A stretch of 63,236 bases of DNA, counting the filler. It is 4 parts of 4 records of this genome, joined end to end, with 100 filler letters (N's around TTAATTAATTAA, not from the genome) between each part and the next. Parts side by side here need not be neighbours in the genome. Positions count along the whole stretch, not along the records: positions 13,077 to 30,253 come from SRR2962707_4250; positions 30,354 to 56,900 come from SRR2962707_4257; 2 more parts are not named here. One strand, written 5' to 3'. The notes beneath the pieces are model-generated. The model was not told the origin of the DNA, did not search any database, and was given only the letters and a program-made list of their open reading frames with translations. The position numbers were made by a program, and so were the translations under genes. Positions 21,795 through 32,998 of the stretch are shown in pieces (the first letter of the stretch is position 1; each line of letters starts with the position of its first letter).

Positions 21795-22011
21795 CAGTTA
21801 ATAGTGAACAGGGAATAGTTAATAGTTGCGCGAGCAGCGACAGAGCGTCCTTAAAGGTACCAGGCCGCGCCCAGCCCCAGGAGGCACTCTTCCCGCTTTT
21901 CAAAGAAGGCTCGGGCACCAAACCAAGAATTGCGGATAAGCAAGGGCGTTTTGCAAAACCGCAACGCCTCTTGTTTTTCGCTGTTACCTATTCACTATTC
22001 ACTGTTAACTG
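21795..22011. repeat. 217-bp element bounded by 31-bp imperfect inverted repeats made of heptamers (MITE-like)
   Basis: Left arm CAGTTAATAGTGAACAGGGAATAGTTAATAG vs reverse complement of right arm CAGTTAACAGTGAATAGTGAATAGGTAACAG: 26/31 identical; unit KKAAYAG. Confidence 0.7.
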
Positions 22012-22852
22012 CTTCCAGGTAGTTGTACAGCGCCTGCCGCTTGAGCCCGGTATGCGCGGCCAGCACGCGGGCGGCGCGGGACAGGGGCAGTTCCTCCAGC
22101 AGAGCGCGGGCCAGGGCCCGGTCGCGCTCGCTGAGCAGGTCGCTTTGCTGCGCCGGCCCCAGCACCAGCACCAGTTCCCCGCGTTGCTGGTCCTTGTCGG
22201 CGCGCACCCATTCCAGCACCTCGGCGACCGGTCCCCGGCGTACCGTTTCGAAGCGCTTGGTCAGTTCCCGGCACAGGGTCAGTTCCCGCTCCGGCGCCAC
22301 TTTCGGCGCCAAAGCCTCAAGCAGGGACAGCACCCGGTGGGGCGCCTCGTAGACGATGGTGGTCACGTCCGCGGCGGCCAGGCGCTCCAGAACCCGTTCA
22401 CGGGCGGCGCCCTTGGCCGGCGGAAAGCCTTCAAACAAAAAGCGGTCACTGGGCTGGCCGGCCACCGCCAGCGCCGCCAGCAGCGCCGATGCCCCGGGAA
22501 TCGGCACCACCGCCACCCCGGCATCCTGGCAGGCCCGCACCAAACGGTAGCCCGGATCACTGACCAGCGGCGTGCCGGCATCGCTGATTAGCGCGCCACT
22601 CTCGCCATCGACCAACCGTGCCACCAGATCCGGCGCCCGTTGCTGTTCATTGTGGTCATGGCAACTGATCAGGCGCGGGGAAATCCCCAGTTGTTGCATC
22701 AGACCCTGGCTGTGCCGGGTGTCCTCCGCGGCCACCCAATCCACCTCCTGCAGCACCTGAATGGCGCGCCGGGAAATATCGTCCAGATTACCGATCGGTG
22801 TGCTGACGACGTACAGGCAGCCCGCTTCGGCGTCGTGGGAGGGTCGGGTCAT
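21995..22852 (-). CDS. rsmI: 16S rRNA Cm1402 methyltransferase
   Basis: STPIGNLDD, AAEDTR, ISDAGTPLVSDPG, YEAPHR, RELTKRFE; divergent from lpoA. Confidence 0.97.
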   Translation of the reverse strand: MTRPSHDAEAGCLYVVSTPIGNLDDISRRAIQVLQEVDWVAAEDTRHSQGLMQQLGISPRLISCHDHNEQQRAPDLVARLVDGESGALISDAGTPLVSDPGYRLVRACQDAGVAVVPIPGASALLAALAVAGQPSDRFLFEGFPPAKGAARERVLERLAAADVTTIVYEAPHRVLSLLEALAPKVAPERELTLCRELTKRFETVRRGPVAEVLEWVRADKDQQRGELVLVLGPAQQSDLLSERDRALARALLEELPLSRAARVLAAHTGLKRQALYNYLEAVNSE

Positions 22853-22981
22853 TTTACGTGCTCTGTCTCACTGATAAGGCAAGAGAAGGGGCGCGCAGCG
22901 CCGCCGGGGGTTATTCGCGAGTCGGAAAGTGCCTACAATACCGGCTCCATTCCCGCAGTAGCAAAGGGTTATCCCACCGTC

Positions 22982-24781
22982 ATGGAATTGAGACAGGTTA
23001 GATGGGCCGCATTGCTGGTGATCCTCGCCATCACCGGCTGCGTCCAGACACCGGGGGCGTACCAGCGCGCCGGCACCCCCGCCATGGACACGGCTCCCGC
23101 CCGTGAAGCCCCTTCCAGCACCGAATCAGCAAGACAACGCCTTGGTGACATGGCGGATCCGGCGCGGACCGACACCGCCCTCTCCTGGGCCAGCTATTAC
23201 CTGGTCAACGACCGGGCCCGGGAAGCCAGTGAGGTGCTGGATCTGGTGCGCGGCGGCGCCCAGAGCATGGATCAGCGTTTCCGCTGGTTGCAGTTGAGCG
23301 CCCAGGCCCTGCTCGGGCAGCACAAACCGCAACAGGCGCTGGATCTGCTCAACGATTACCAGGGGGATATCCGCTCCCTGCCCGCGGATCAGCAGGCACG
23401 CCTGGCTTTGCTGCGCGCGGACGCCCTTGCTCTCAACGACAACCTGATGGAAAGCCTTAAGGAGCGGGTCGAAATCCAGCCGCGACTGGGGCGATCCGAC
23501 CGCGCTTACAACCAAGAGATGACCTGGCAGGCGCTGCTGCGTGTACCACGCAACCAATTGCAGCAGGAAGCCGAGGGCGCCAGCGGCGATCTGCTCGGCT
23601 GGCTGGAACTGGCGGACATTTACCGCGATGCCCAGGCCGGTCTCGATGATCAGGTGGCGCGCATGAACGACTGGCAGCGGCGCTGGCCGCAGCACCCGGC
23701 TCAGGCACAGCTGCCAGAAACCCTCAATGCCATGCGCCGCGCCGCGCAGGAGCGGCCGGCCCGGGTCGCGGTTCTGCTGCCGGAAAGCGGCCCTCTCTCC
23801 TATGCCGGCAACGCGCTCCATGATGGCCTGATGGCGGGTTATTACCTGGCCCGGGACAATGGCGACTACACCCCGGAGCTCCGCTTCTACGATACCGCCG
23901 ACGCCGATGCGGCGCAGGTCTATCAGCAGGCGGTGATGGACGGAGCGCAATTCGTGATCGGCCCGCTGGCCAAGGACCAGGTCGCCGCCATCGATGCGCT
24001 CGGCACTCCGCCAGTACCCACTCTGGCGCTGAACTACCTGGACGATGGCGGTAACGGCCTGTACCAGTTCGGCCTGGCGCCGGAAGACGAGGCCCGTCAG
24101 GTAGCCCGTGACGGCTCCGCCGCCGGCGCGGTGAGAGCCGGCGTGCTCTACCCCAATTCAGAGTGGGGCTACCGTGTCGCCGAGGCGTTCAGCAATGCCT
24201 GGCAATCACAAGGCGGTTCCATCGTGGTCAGCCGCACCTATGCCGATGACGATATCGGCGGCTCGGTGAAAGCCTTCCTCGATGAGGCCCGCGGCAATCT
24301 CGGTTCCAGTGGCGGCAAGGAATTCCGCCCCCGCGGCCCGGAAGACATGGCGTTTGTGTTCCTGGTCGCCAACGCGGACCAGGGGCGCCAGGTCAAACCG
24401 GCTCTGAACTACCACTACGCCCGCTACCTGCCGGTGCACAGCACCTCCTACATTTACGGCGGAGTCCCTGATCCACGCCGTGACCAGGATCTCGACCGGG
24501 TCCAGTTCGTGGACATGCCCTGGGTGCTGAACCCGGACCAGCGCCTTAAAGACATGGCCACGGCGAACTGGCCCGATGGCCACGGCCGCTACACCCGCCT
24601 GTTCGCCATGGGTGTGGACGCCTTCCGGCTGCAGGCCCGGCTGCCAGTATTGAACAACGCACCCGGCAGCACTCTGTCCGGTGCCACCGGCGTGCTGCAC
24701 CTGGACGGCAAGCGCGTGGTGCGCGAGCTGCAATGGGCCACCTTCGAAGGGGGTCTGCCCAGCCCGCTGCTGACGCCCTGA
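22982..24781 (+). CDS. lpoA: Penicillin-binding protein activator LpoA (LppC family lipoprotein)
   Basis: Lipobox signal (..ILAITGC), GWLELA, W..RWPQHPA, VLLPESG, IGPLAK, FGLAPEDEA, RLFAMGVDA; rsmI-lpoA-yraN synteny. Confidence 0.92.
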   Translation: MELRQVRWAALLVILAITGCVQTPGAYQRAGTPAMDTAPAREAPSSTESARQRLGDMADPARTDTALSWASYYLVNDRAREASEVLDLVRGGAQSMDQRFRWLQLSAQALLGQHKPQQALDLLNDYQGDIRSLPADQQARLALLRADALALNDNLMESLKERVEIQPRLGRSDRAYNQEMTWQALLRVPRNQLQQEAEGASGDLLGWLELADIYRDAQAGLDDQVARMNDWQRRWPQHPAQAQLPETLNAMRRAAQERPARVAVLLPESGPLSYAGNALHDGLMAGYYLARDNGDYTPELRFYDTADADAAQVYQQAVMDGAQFVIGPLAKDQVAAIDALGTPPVPTLALNYLDDGGNGLYQFGLAPEDEARQVARDGSAAGAVRAGVLYPNSEWGYRVAEAFSNAWQSQGGSIVVSRTYADDDIGGSVKAFLDEARGNLGSSGGKEFRPRGPEDMAFVFLVANADQGRQVKPALNYHYARYLPVHSTSYIYGGVPDPRRDQDLDRVQFVDMPWVLNPDQRLKDMATANWPDGHGRYTRLFAMGVDAFRLQARLPVLNNAPGSTLSGATGVLHLDGKRVVRELQWATFEGGLPSPLLTP

Positions 24782-24785
24782 TCCG

Positions 24786-25740
<955 letters not shown>

Positions 25741-25741
<1 letters not shown>

Positions 25742-26310
25742 TGCGCGTCACCGGTTTGATCGTGTTGTTGGCCGCCCTGCTCACCACGGGCTGCACCACC
25801 ATGACCAAGAACATGTCACAGGAGCCGGTGGACCAGGACCATGGTTCCCGCACCTTCGGAGCGTTCATCGAGGACGGCAACATCGAACGCAAGGTGAAGA
25901 TCAATCTGGCCCGCGCCAGCGCCGACCTGGACGAATCCCACATTGTCGTGGTCAGCTTCAACGGCAATGTGCTGCTGGCCGGCCAGGTGGCCAGCGAATC
26001 ACTGAAAACCCAGGCGGAAAACATTGCCCGTGAAGTACGCCATGTGCGCAACGTCCACAATGAACTGCGTGTGGCTGGCAACAACTCCGCCATGGCCCGT
26101 ACCAACGACGCCTGGCTCACCGCCAAGGTGAAAAGCCGCTTGTTGCTCAGCGGCGACACGCCCGGCATGCGCACCAAGGTGGTCACCGAGAACGGCGTGG
26201 TTTATCTGATGGGGCTGCTCACCCGTGAGGAAGCCGACATGGCCGTGCAAAAAGTTCAGAAAGTCGGCGGCGTGCAGAAGATCGTCAAGATCATCGAATA
26301 CATCGACTGA
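25741..26310 (+). CDS. dolP: Dual-BON domain lipoprotein (DolP/YraP)
   Basis: Lipobox LTTGC, two BON domains (VLLAGQV; DAWLTAKVK..ENGVVYLMG); conserved position. Confidence 0.88.
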
Positions 26311-26484
26311 TCCACCCGGGGCGGGATCAGGCCGCCCCTTCCCCCCACCAACTCCGTCAAGATTATTGACCCACGCTTCGTCGGTTCCGACGATGCTTAC
26401 CCGCTGCCGCCCTCGCTAACGTAATACACCGACCCATCCGGCTCTCCGCCTGCCGCCCGACAACGACAACAACCAGGTGCCTCC

Positions 26485-28035
26485 ATGACCGTCCCGCTGA
26501 TGACGCTGAAATCCCTGTACACCGGTGCTCTGGCCCGTTTCGCGGACCGCTGCGCGCTAACCATGGGGGGCCGCGACCTCAGTTATGCCGAGTTGCAGCG
26601 CGGCAGCTTTCAGGTCGGCAACGCCCTCATCGAGCTCGGCGTCACTCCGGGCACCCGGGTAGCGCTCGCCATGGCCAATTGCCTGGAGTTCGCGGTGGCG
26701 GCCCAGGGGTTGATTCAGGCCGGCGCCACCCGGGTGGCGCTGAACAGCATGCTTAGCGACGACGAAGTGCTCTATATTCTGGCCGACTCCAACACCCGGG
26801 TGGCCATCGTCGATACTCAGCGTTTCGAGTTGCTCTCCCGCCACCGCGATCGCTTGCCGGAGCTGGAACAGGTGATCGCGCTCGGGCCGGCGCGGGATTG
26901 CCCGCCGGACATGATGCCCTGGGATGATTTTCTCGCCTCCGGCAAGCCGGAGTACACCGACGTCAACGTGGCACCGGATGATTTGGCCTTCATTCCCTAC
27001 ACCGGCGGCACCACGGGCAAGCCCAAGGGCGTCCTGCACAGCCAGAAAAACATTTATCTGAACCTGCTTTCCCATCAGATGGAGCTGGCATTGCAAGACG
27101 ACGAGCGCTTTCTGCTCACCTCGCCTCTGCCCCATGCCGCCGGGAGCATCCTGATGGTCGGGTTGCTGAAAGGGGCCACCCACTACATCGAACCCGGATT
27201 CGATCCCGCCACCGTGATCCGCCGCATCAGCGAGGACAAGGTCACTCTCACCTTCATGGTACCCACCATGATTTACCGGCTGCTGGACTGGCTGGAGGCC
27301 AATCCGGAGCCCCGTCCGGATCTGAGTTCGCTGCGCACCATGCTGTACGGCGCCGCCCCGATCACGGTGGAGCGTCTGACTCAGGGCCTGGAAACCTTCG
27401 GTCCGGTGTTCGTGCAATTGTACGGCCAGTCGGAAGCGCCCAACTTCATCACCCGGTTGCGCCGGGAGGACCACAATCCGGCCCATCCGGAACGGCTGCT
27501 CAGTTGCGGCCAGGCCGCGACCATGAGCCAGGTCCGTATCGTCGATGGCAACGGAAAACCGGTGCCCGCGGGTGAAAGCGGCGAAGTGGCGGCTCGCACG
27601 CCATACAACATGCTCGGTTATCACGGCCTGCCGGAGAAAAGCGCCGAAACGCTGGTGGACGGCTGGCTGCACACCGGCGACATCGGACGGATGGACGCGG
27701 ACGGTTACCTGTATCTGCTGGACCGCAAGAACGACATGATCATCAGCGGCGGCATGAACGTGTACACCTCGGAGGTGGAGAACGCCATCCAACCGTACCC
27801 CGGTGTCGGCCAGGTGGCGGTGGTCGGCCTGCCCGACCCGGACTGGGGCGAAGCGGTGACGGCGTTCGTGGTCCCCGATGCCGGCGCCGAGCTGGACCTG
27901 GAAGCGCTGCTGCGCCACTGCAAAGGCGCTCTGTCCAAGTACAAGGTCCCGAAACAGATTCATCTGCTCGACAGTCTGCCGCTCACCGCTTACGGCAAAC
28001 TGGACAAGAAAGCCCTTCGCCAGCAATGGGCCTGA
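26485..28035 (+). CDS. Acyl-CoA synthetase / AMP-binding enzyme
   Basis: YTGGTTGKPKG, YGQSE, WLHTGDIG, DRKNDMIISGG, GKLDKKALR. Confidence 0.92.
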   Translation: MTVPLMTLKSLYTGALARFADRCALTMGGRDLSYAELQRGSFQVGNALIELGVTPGTRVALAMANCLEFAVAAQGLIQAGATRVALNSMLSDDEVLYILADSNTRVAIVDTQRFELLSRHRDRLPELEQVIALGPARDCPPDMMPWDDFLASGKPEYTDVNVAPDDLAFIPYTGGTTGKPKGVLHSQKNIYLNLLSHQMELALQDDERFLLTSPLPHAAGSILMVGLLKGATHYIEPGFDPATVIRRISEDKVTLTFMVPTMIYRLLDWLEANPEPRPDLSSLRTMLYGAAPITVERLTQGLETFGPVFVQLYGQSEAPNFITRLRREDHNPAHPERLLSCGQAATMSQVRIVDGNGKPVPAGESGEVAARTPYNMLGYHGLPEKSAETLVDGWLHTGDIGRMDADGYLYLLDRKNDMIISGGMNVYTSEVENAIQPYPGVGQVAVVGLPDPDWGEAVTAFVVPDAGAELDLEALLRHCKGALSKYKVPKQIHLLDSLPLTAYGKLDKKALRQQWA

Positions 28036-28069
28036 CGGACCACCCTTCGGATGCCAGGGAGATCAAGGT

Positions 28070-28855
28070 ATGAGCACCATCACTGAATTGAGCCGTTCCC
28101 TGAACGGTGCCCGGGTCCTGGTGACCGGTGGCGCCAGCGGCATGGGACGAGCCACCGCCCGGGTGTTCGCCAGCGAGGGCGCGCGGGTTGCCGTTACCGA
28201 CCGCGATGGCGACAGCGCCGGGCGGGTGGCCATGGAGATCCGGGAAGCGGGTTTCCAGGCGCAAAGCTGGACCCTGGACGTGAGCGACGCCGCGGCGATC
28301 GAAGCGATCACCGCCGAGGTAGCCGAAGCCTTCGGCGGCCTGGACATTATTATCAACAATGCCGGGGTCTCCGGCTTCACCGCCATTTCGTCCTCGGCGG
28401 ACGATTACGAGGCCACGTGGCACACCAGCCTGTCGATTCTGCTGACCGCCCAGCAGCGCCTGGTGCGGGCCGCACTGCCCCACCTGCGGCACTCGGACCA
28501 TCCCCGCATCGTCAATATCGCGTCCACCGAAGCGCTCGGCGCCACCGCCGAGAACAGCGCCTATGCGGCGGCAAAGGCCGGCGTCACCGGCCTGACCCGC
28601 GCCCTGGCGGTGGAGCTGGGCAAGGAAGGCATCACCGTCAACTGCATCTGCCCCGGCCCCATCGACACCGGCATGACCGCGCGGATCGCGGACGAGCACA
28701 AGGCCATTTTCGCCAGACGGCGAACCGCCTTGCGACGCTATGGCGCCCCGGAAGAGGTGGCGCACATGACCGTCAGCCTGTGCCTGCCGGCGGCGTCCTA
28801 CATTACCGGCGCGGTGATTCCGGTGGACGGTGGCCTGATGGCGCGCAACGCGTGA
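28070..28855 (+). CDS. Short-chain dehydrogenase/reductase
   Basis: TGGASGMG, NNAG, YAAAK, VDGG. Confidence 0.92.
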   Translation: MSTITELSRSLNGARVLVTGGASGMGRATARVFASEGARVAVTDRDGDSAGRVAMEIREAGFQAQSWTLDVSDAAAIEAITAEVAEAFGGLDIIINNAGVSGFTAISSSADDYEATWHTSLSILLTAQQRLVRAALPHLRHSDHPRIVNIASTEALGATAENSAYAAAKAGVTGLTRALAVELGKEGITVNCICPGPIDTGMTARIADEHKAIFARRRTALRRYGAPEEVAHMTVSLCLPAASYITGAVIPVDGGLMARNA

Positions 28856-28925
28856 TGGGTACGGTTGCGTGTTGCGCGCATGACGCCGACCATGCTGATC
28901 CGATCTCAGTCGAGTGATCCCGCCA

Positions 28926-30131
28926 ATGCAGCGAACCGATAACAGGCCCAATCCCTTGGTCATGGCCGTGTCCGCCATGCTGGTGGCGCTGGTGGTGATT
29001 GTCTTCGCCCGCCTGGCCTACGGCCTGCTGCTGCCGGCCATGCGCACCGATCTCGGATTGAGCTACCGCCAGGCCGGCGCCTTGGGCACGGTCACCGCCC
29101 TGGGTTATCTGCTGTTCGTACTGCTTGGCGGCCTCGCGGCCAGTCGCTGGGGCGCCCGCAATACGGTGGTTTTCGGGCTTGCCGCGGTGACCTTGGGCTT
29201 TGCCGGGCTGTCGGTCGCCGGCGACTACCCGCTGATCGTGGTGTTGATGGCCTTGCTCGGCTTCGGCACCGCCTTCTGCTTCGCGCCCACGGTGTCACTG
29301 CTGGCCACCTGGTACCCGGAGCGGCGTGGGGTGATGATCGGCTGCATGACCGCCGGCGTTGGCGCGGGGATTTTCTTCATCGGGCTGCTGGTGCCCTGGC
29401 TCTCCGATCTTTTCGGCGCGAACGGCTGGCGGGTGACCTGGGGCATTTTCGCCGCCGTCGCCGGCGCCGTCGGCTTACTGGTCCTGCTGGCGGTGCGTGA
29501 TCCCCCCACCGCTGACGACGCCGGCACGGCGCGGCCGCCCTCGGCGGATAAATGGCTGATCTACCGGAATCCCCGGGTCATTATCATGGCGCTGGTGTAC
29601 GGCATCATCGGCATGGTGTACATCACCCAGGCTCTGTTCATGGTCAGCTACGTGGTGGAATCCGGCTTCGACGAAACCATCGCCGGGTGGCTGATGGCGA
29701 TGATGGGGCTGCTTTCCGTCCTCAGCGGCCCGTTATGGGGCTCGCTGTCGGACAGCTGGGGGCGCGGCAATACTCTGAGTCTGGCCATGTCGGTGGTGAC
29801 CGTTGCCATGGCGCTGCCACTGATCGATCAGAGCCTGCCTCTGTTCGTCGCCCATTTCTTCTTCATGGGCTGCGCGGTCAATGGGGTCTTCACCTTGATC
29901 CAGGCCGCCAGTACCGACCAGGTGGCACCGCGTTACATTCCCATCGCGTTCAGTTATGTCACTCTGTTCTTCGCTGGCGGGCAGCTGATCGGCCCGGCGG
30001 TGGCGGGCTGGCTGATCGAAACGCGGGGAGGCTTCCCGCTCGCCATCGGCTTTACCTGCTTCTGGCTGCTTGTCGGGTTATTTCTGACCCAGCGTATTCG
30101 CCGGTTTCCAGCTGATGTGGCGGTGTCCTGA
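28926..30131 (+). CDS. MFS transporter (YbfB/YjiJ-like)
   Basis: About 12 TM segments; ARLAYGLLLPAM, LSDSWGR; start approximate. Confidence 0.85.
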   Translation: MQRTDNRPNPLVMAVSAMLVALVVIVFARLAYGLLLPAMRTDLGLSYRQAGALGTVTALGYLLFVLLGGLAASRWGARNTVVFGLAAVTLGFAGLSVAGDYPLIVVLMALLGFGTAFCFAPTVSLLATWYPERRGVMIGCMTAGVGAGIFFIGLLVPWLSDLFGANGWRVTWGIFAAVAGAVGLLVLLAVRDPPTADDAGTARPPSADKWLIYRNPRVIIMALVYGIIGMVYITQALFMVSYVVESGFDETIAGWLMAMMGLLSVLSGPLWGSLSDSWGRGNTLSLAMSVVTVAMALPLIDQSLPLFVAHFFFMGCAVNGVFTLIQAASTDQVAPRYIPIAFSYVTLFFAGGQLIGPAVAGWLIETRGGFPLAIGFTCFWLLVGLFLTQRIRRFPADVAVS

Positions 30132-30177
30132 AGACCGCTTAAACGCATCGCTTCCCACAGCAGGTACTACGAAGCCG

Positions 30178-30253
30178 CTGTGGGAGCTTGCCCGGCAAGC
30201 GAATGGGCATCCGTTTCCAAAAGGAAATTCGCTTGCAGGGCAAGCTCCTACAG
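30178..30253. repeat. Inverted REP doublet (REPIN-like)
   Basis: CTGTGGGAGCTTGCCCGGCAAGCGAAT ... ATTCGCTTGCAGGGCAAGCTCCTACAG; GTRG-type heads, each unit internally palindromic; at the contig end. Confidence 0.8.
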
Positions 30254-30353
30254 NNNNNNNNNNNNNNNNNNNNNNNNNNNNNNNNNNNNNNNNNNNNTTA
30301 ATTAATTAANNNNNNNNNNNNNNNNNNNNNNNNNNNNNNNNNNNNNNNNNNNN
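30254..30353. other. Artificial contig spacer
   Basis: N44-TTAATTAATTAA-N44. Confidence 0.99.
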
Positions 30354-31206
30354 GATGCCGGAACTGATCGAGCGCGGCTATCTGTATATCGCGCAACCGC
30401 CGCTGTACCGCGCCAAGCGCGGCAATTCACAGGTCTATCTCAAGGGTGACCGCGAGATGGAAAACTACCTGTTCGATACCGCCATCGACGAAGGCGGCGT
30501 GTTCATCAACTTCGAGGGTCATCAGATCGCCGGCCCGGACCTGCGCACGCTGGCCGAGGAAGCGCGATATGTGAAGACGCTGCTGGAACACCTGTCGAAC
30601 CATGTGCCGGTGTCGATCCTGGAGCAGGCAGCGATTTCAGGTGCGCTCAACCCCGACATTCTGGGCAATCCCGAATACGGTGCCCAGGTCGCGGATTATA
30701 TCGCCAAGCGTCTCGATGCGCTGGCGCCGGAATACGAACGGGGCTGGGAAGGCAAGGCCATGGATGACGGCGGGCTTGAATTCAAGCGCGTGCTCAGGGG
30801 GGTTGCCGAAACCCATGTCATCGACGGCGCGATCATGCGTTCGAAGGATGCCCGCCAGCTCGATGAAATGGCCGGCCGTCTGCAGAAGAACTACACCAAG
30901 CACGGCACGCTCGAGAACAAGGAAAAGAGTTATCCGATCACCGGTCCGGTGGCGCTGGTCGACAAGATCACCGAACTGGGCCGCAAGGGGATTTCCATCC
31001 AGCGCTACAAGGGGCTGGGCGAAATGAACCCGGAACAGCTCTGGGAAACCACGCTCGATATCGAAGCGCGTTCCTTGCTGCAGGTCCGCGTCAATCACGT
31101 CGACGAGGCTGAGGAAGTATTCTCGACCCTGATGGGCGACGTGGTGGAACCGCGCCGTGACTTCATTCAGGAAAACGCCCTCAAGGTCGCCAACCTAGAC
31201 GTTTAG
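30354..31206 (+). CDS. gyrB: DNA gyrase subunit B, C-terminal part (5' truncated)
   Basis: [52 protein letters not shown], with the proteobacterial insert. Confidence 0.97.
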
Positions 31207-31330
31207 GTCATATCCGATTTGATGTGCTAATATCAGGGTATTCACATTTCCTGAGCTGGGGCCGTGAGTTTGTACTGCATGGCTCTGGTTTGCAGGATAT
31301 GAAACCACGTTTAACGTCGGGCCGAATTTC

Positions 31331-31840
31331 ATGACCGGTTTTACCAACACGATATACCCGTACGACCCTGCCGTCGGTCACGACCTCAGTAACCTTGAGG
31401 GCGCGGCGACGGGGGAACTGTATGCGTATTGGCTGGCGAAGAAGGGAGACCAGCCGTTGCCGCAATGGGCGGATTTCGAGTTCATGGACCTCTACCGGAT
31501 TGCGCCGGTGATGGCCGTTATGGATGTGGACCCGTCCGGTGACGCCGGGAAACTCCGTTACCGCTTTTATGGTACGAAAGTCGTTGAGTACCGTCGGCAC
31601 CGGAAGTATCCGGATCTGACCGGAAAGACGTTCGAGGAAGCGGACCGGGCGTACGCTGCGACGGCCATGATTGATGCATATACGGCGTGCATCAGGACGG
31701 CGCGGCCTGTGGTGATGACGGGGGAATATCAGACGGACCTGTCCTGGGGGCTTCATGAACGCATCATCCTGCCGTGGCTGATCGACGGCGAAGTCGCCCG
31801 GCTGACGAACGCACTGGACCGGTTCCCGAAAAACAAATAG
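31331..31840 (+). CDS. Stand-alone PAS domain protein (PAS_5-like)
   Basis: LYAYWLAKKGDQPLPQWADF, RYRFYGT, DLTGK, ERIILP. Confidence 0.75.
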   Translation: MTGFTNTIYPYDPAVGHDLSNLEGAATGELYAYWLAKKGDQPLPQWADFEFMDLYRIAPVMAVMDVDPSGDAGKLRYRFYGTKVVEYRRHRKYPDLTGKTFEEADRAYAATAMIDAYTACIRTARPVVMTGEYQTDLSWGLHERIILPWLIDGEVARLTNALDRFPKNK

Positions 31841-31845
31841 GCGCC

Positions 31846-32853
31846 ATGAAACCTGACCGGCAACCCGAGCATATGATCCTGAAAGATGAGATTGCTGGCC
31901 CGGCGGCTTGGCGCGGTGCCGAGCTTGCCGGTGACGAATCCTGGCTGATCGAGCTTTCGGGCAAGGATATCGACGCTCTCGACGATGCCCTTTTGGTGCT
32001 CAAAGCTTCGGGAAAGAAGGGGCTCGATTTCGGGAAGGCCGATTTCCCGCTCCCGTCCTGGGGCGGCATGCTGGCGGACATCGCGGATGAGCTGGAGAAC
32101 GGTCGCGGCTTCTGTCTCATGCGGGGCCTGCCCGCCGATAGATATGACGAAGACGATCTCAAGGCTGTTTACTTCGGGATCGGCCTGAACATGGGAAGGC
32201 CAGTCCGGCAAAATCCCAGAGGCGAACTGCTCGGCACGGTCATGAATGTCGCCGACGCTGCCGACAGAAATGCCCGGGTTTACGAAACCAGCGCCTACCT
32301 GCCGTATCACACCGATCCGTCGGACGTGGTCGGGCTGTTATGTCTTCGCAAGGCCCGCTTGGGCGGTCTCAGCAGCCTCGTCAGTGTGGCGTCGGTTTAT
32401 AACCGGATGCTGAAAAGATATCCTGATCACCTCGCCCTGTTTTATCGGTCCTGGTACTACGCCCATCTGGGTGAAGACCTGCCGAGCCTGTCCCCGCTGT
32501 TCAGCTATCACCGGGGCAAGCTGGCCTTCCGTTATCTGCGGCAATACATCGAACTCGGCCATGAGGTGATGGAAAAGCCGTTGTCGGCCTTCGAGGTCGA
32601 GGCTCTGGACCTGTTTGACCGGATCATGCAGGAAGACGGGTTGCGGCTCGACATGATGCTGGAGCCCGGCGATCTGCAGTGGGCCAATAATTACACGGTG
32701 CTGCATTCCCGGACCGGGTTCGAGGATTATGCAGACCCTGCGCTGCGGCGGAAAATGCTGCGGTTGTGGCTGAAGATGCCGAACGCCCGTGAACTGGCAC
32801 CGGACTTCCCGGGCCGGAATGGCTTTCCCGCACCGGGGGACGATCCGGACTGA
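31846..32853 (+). CDS. TauD/TfdA (clavaminate synthase-like) Fe(II)/2-oxoglutarate dioxygenase
   Basis: HTD iron motif, NN..VLHSRT, RKMLRLWL; start could be 31873. Confidence 0.88.
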   Translation: MKPDRQPEHMILKDEIAGPAAWRGAELAGDESWLIELSGKDIDALDDALLVLKASGKKGLDFGKADFPLPSWGGMLADIADELENGRGFCLMRGLPADRYDEDDLKAVYFGIGLNMGRPVRQNPRGELLGTVMNVADAADRNARVYETSAYLPYHTDPSDVVGLLCLRKARLGGLSSLVSVASVYNRMLKRYPDHLALFYRSWYYAHLGEDLPSLSPLFSYHRGKLAFRYLRQYIELGHEVMEKPLSAFEVEALDLFDRIMQEDGLRLDMMLEPGDLQWANNYTVLHSRTGFEDYADPALRRKMLRLWLKMPNARELAPDFPGRNGFPAPGDDPD

Positions 32854-32998
32854 GGTGAGGACAAAAAAGACACGGGTCTACCAGTTGGTGCCCCCAACGC
32901 TGATGTCTAAAGGGCGTTTCTCGACACGAGTTGGCTTCACTCGTCTTCGAACACAGGCTGTTCTCGCAAAGTATCCGGCTTTTCTGACCATTTGTGGA

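Noticed and set aside
21422-22591. 389 aa plus-strand ORF, and 106 aa minus-strand ORF at 21601-21921
   Set aside because: They overlap rnpB and rsmI; these are translations of structured RNA or antisense sequence.
26461-26474. CAACGACAACAACC as a Crc/Hfq catabolite-repression motif
   Set aside because: Does not meet AAnAAnAA; suggestive only.
32886-32895. TGGTGCCCCC resembling a reversed tRNA 3' end (possible att scar) before the two-component cassette
   Set aside because: Only 10 nt, no T-arm and no matching partner in the contig.
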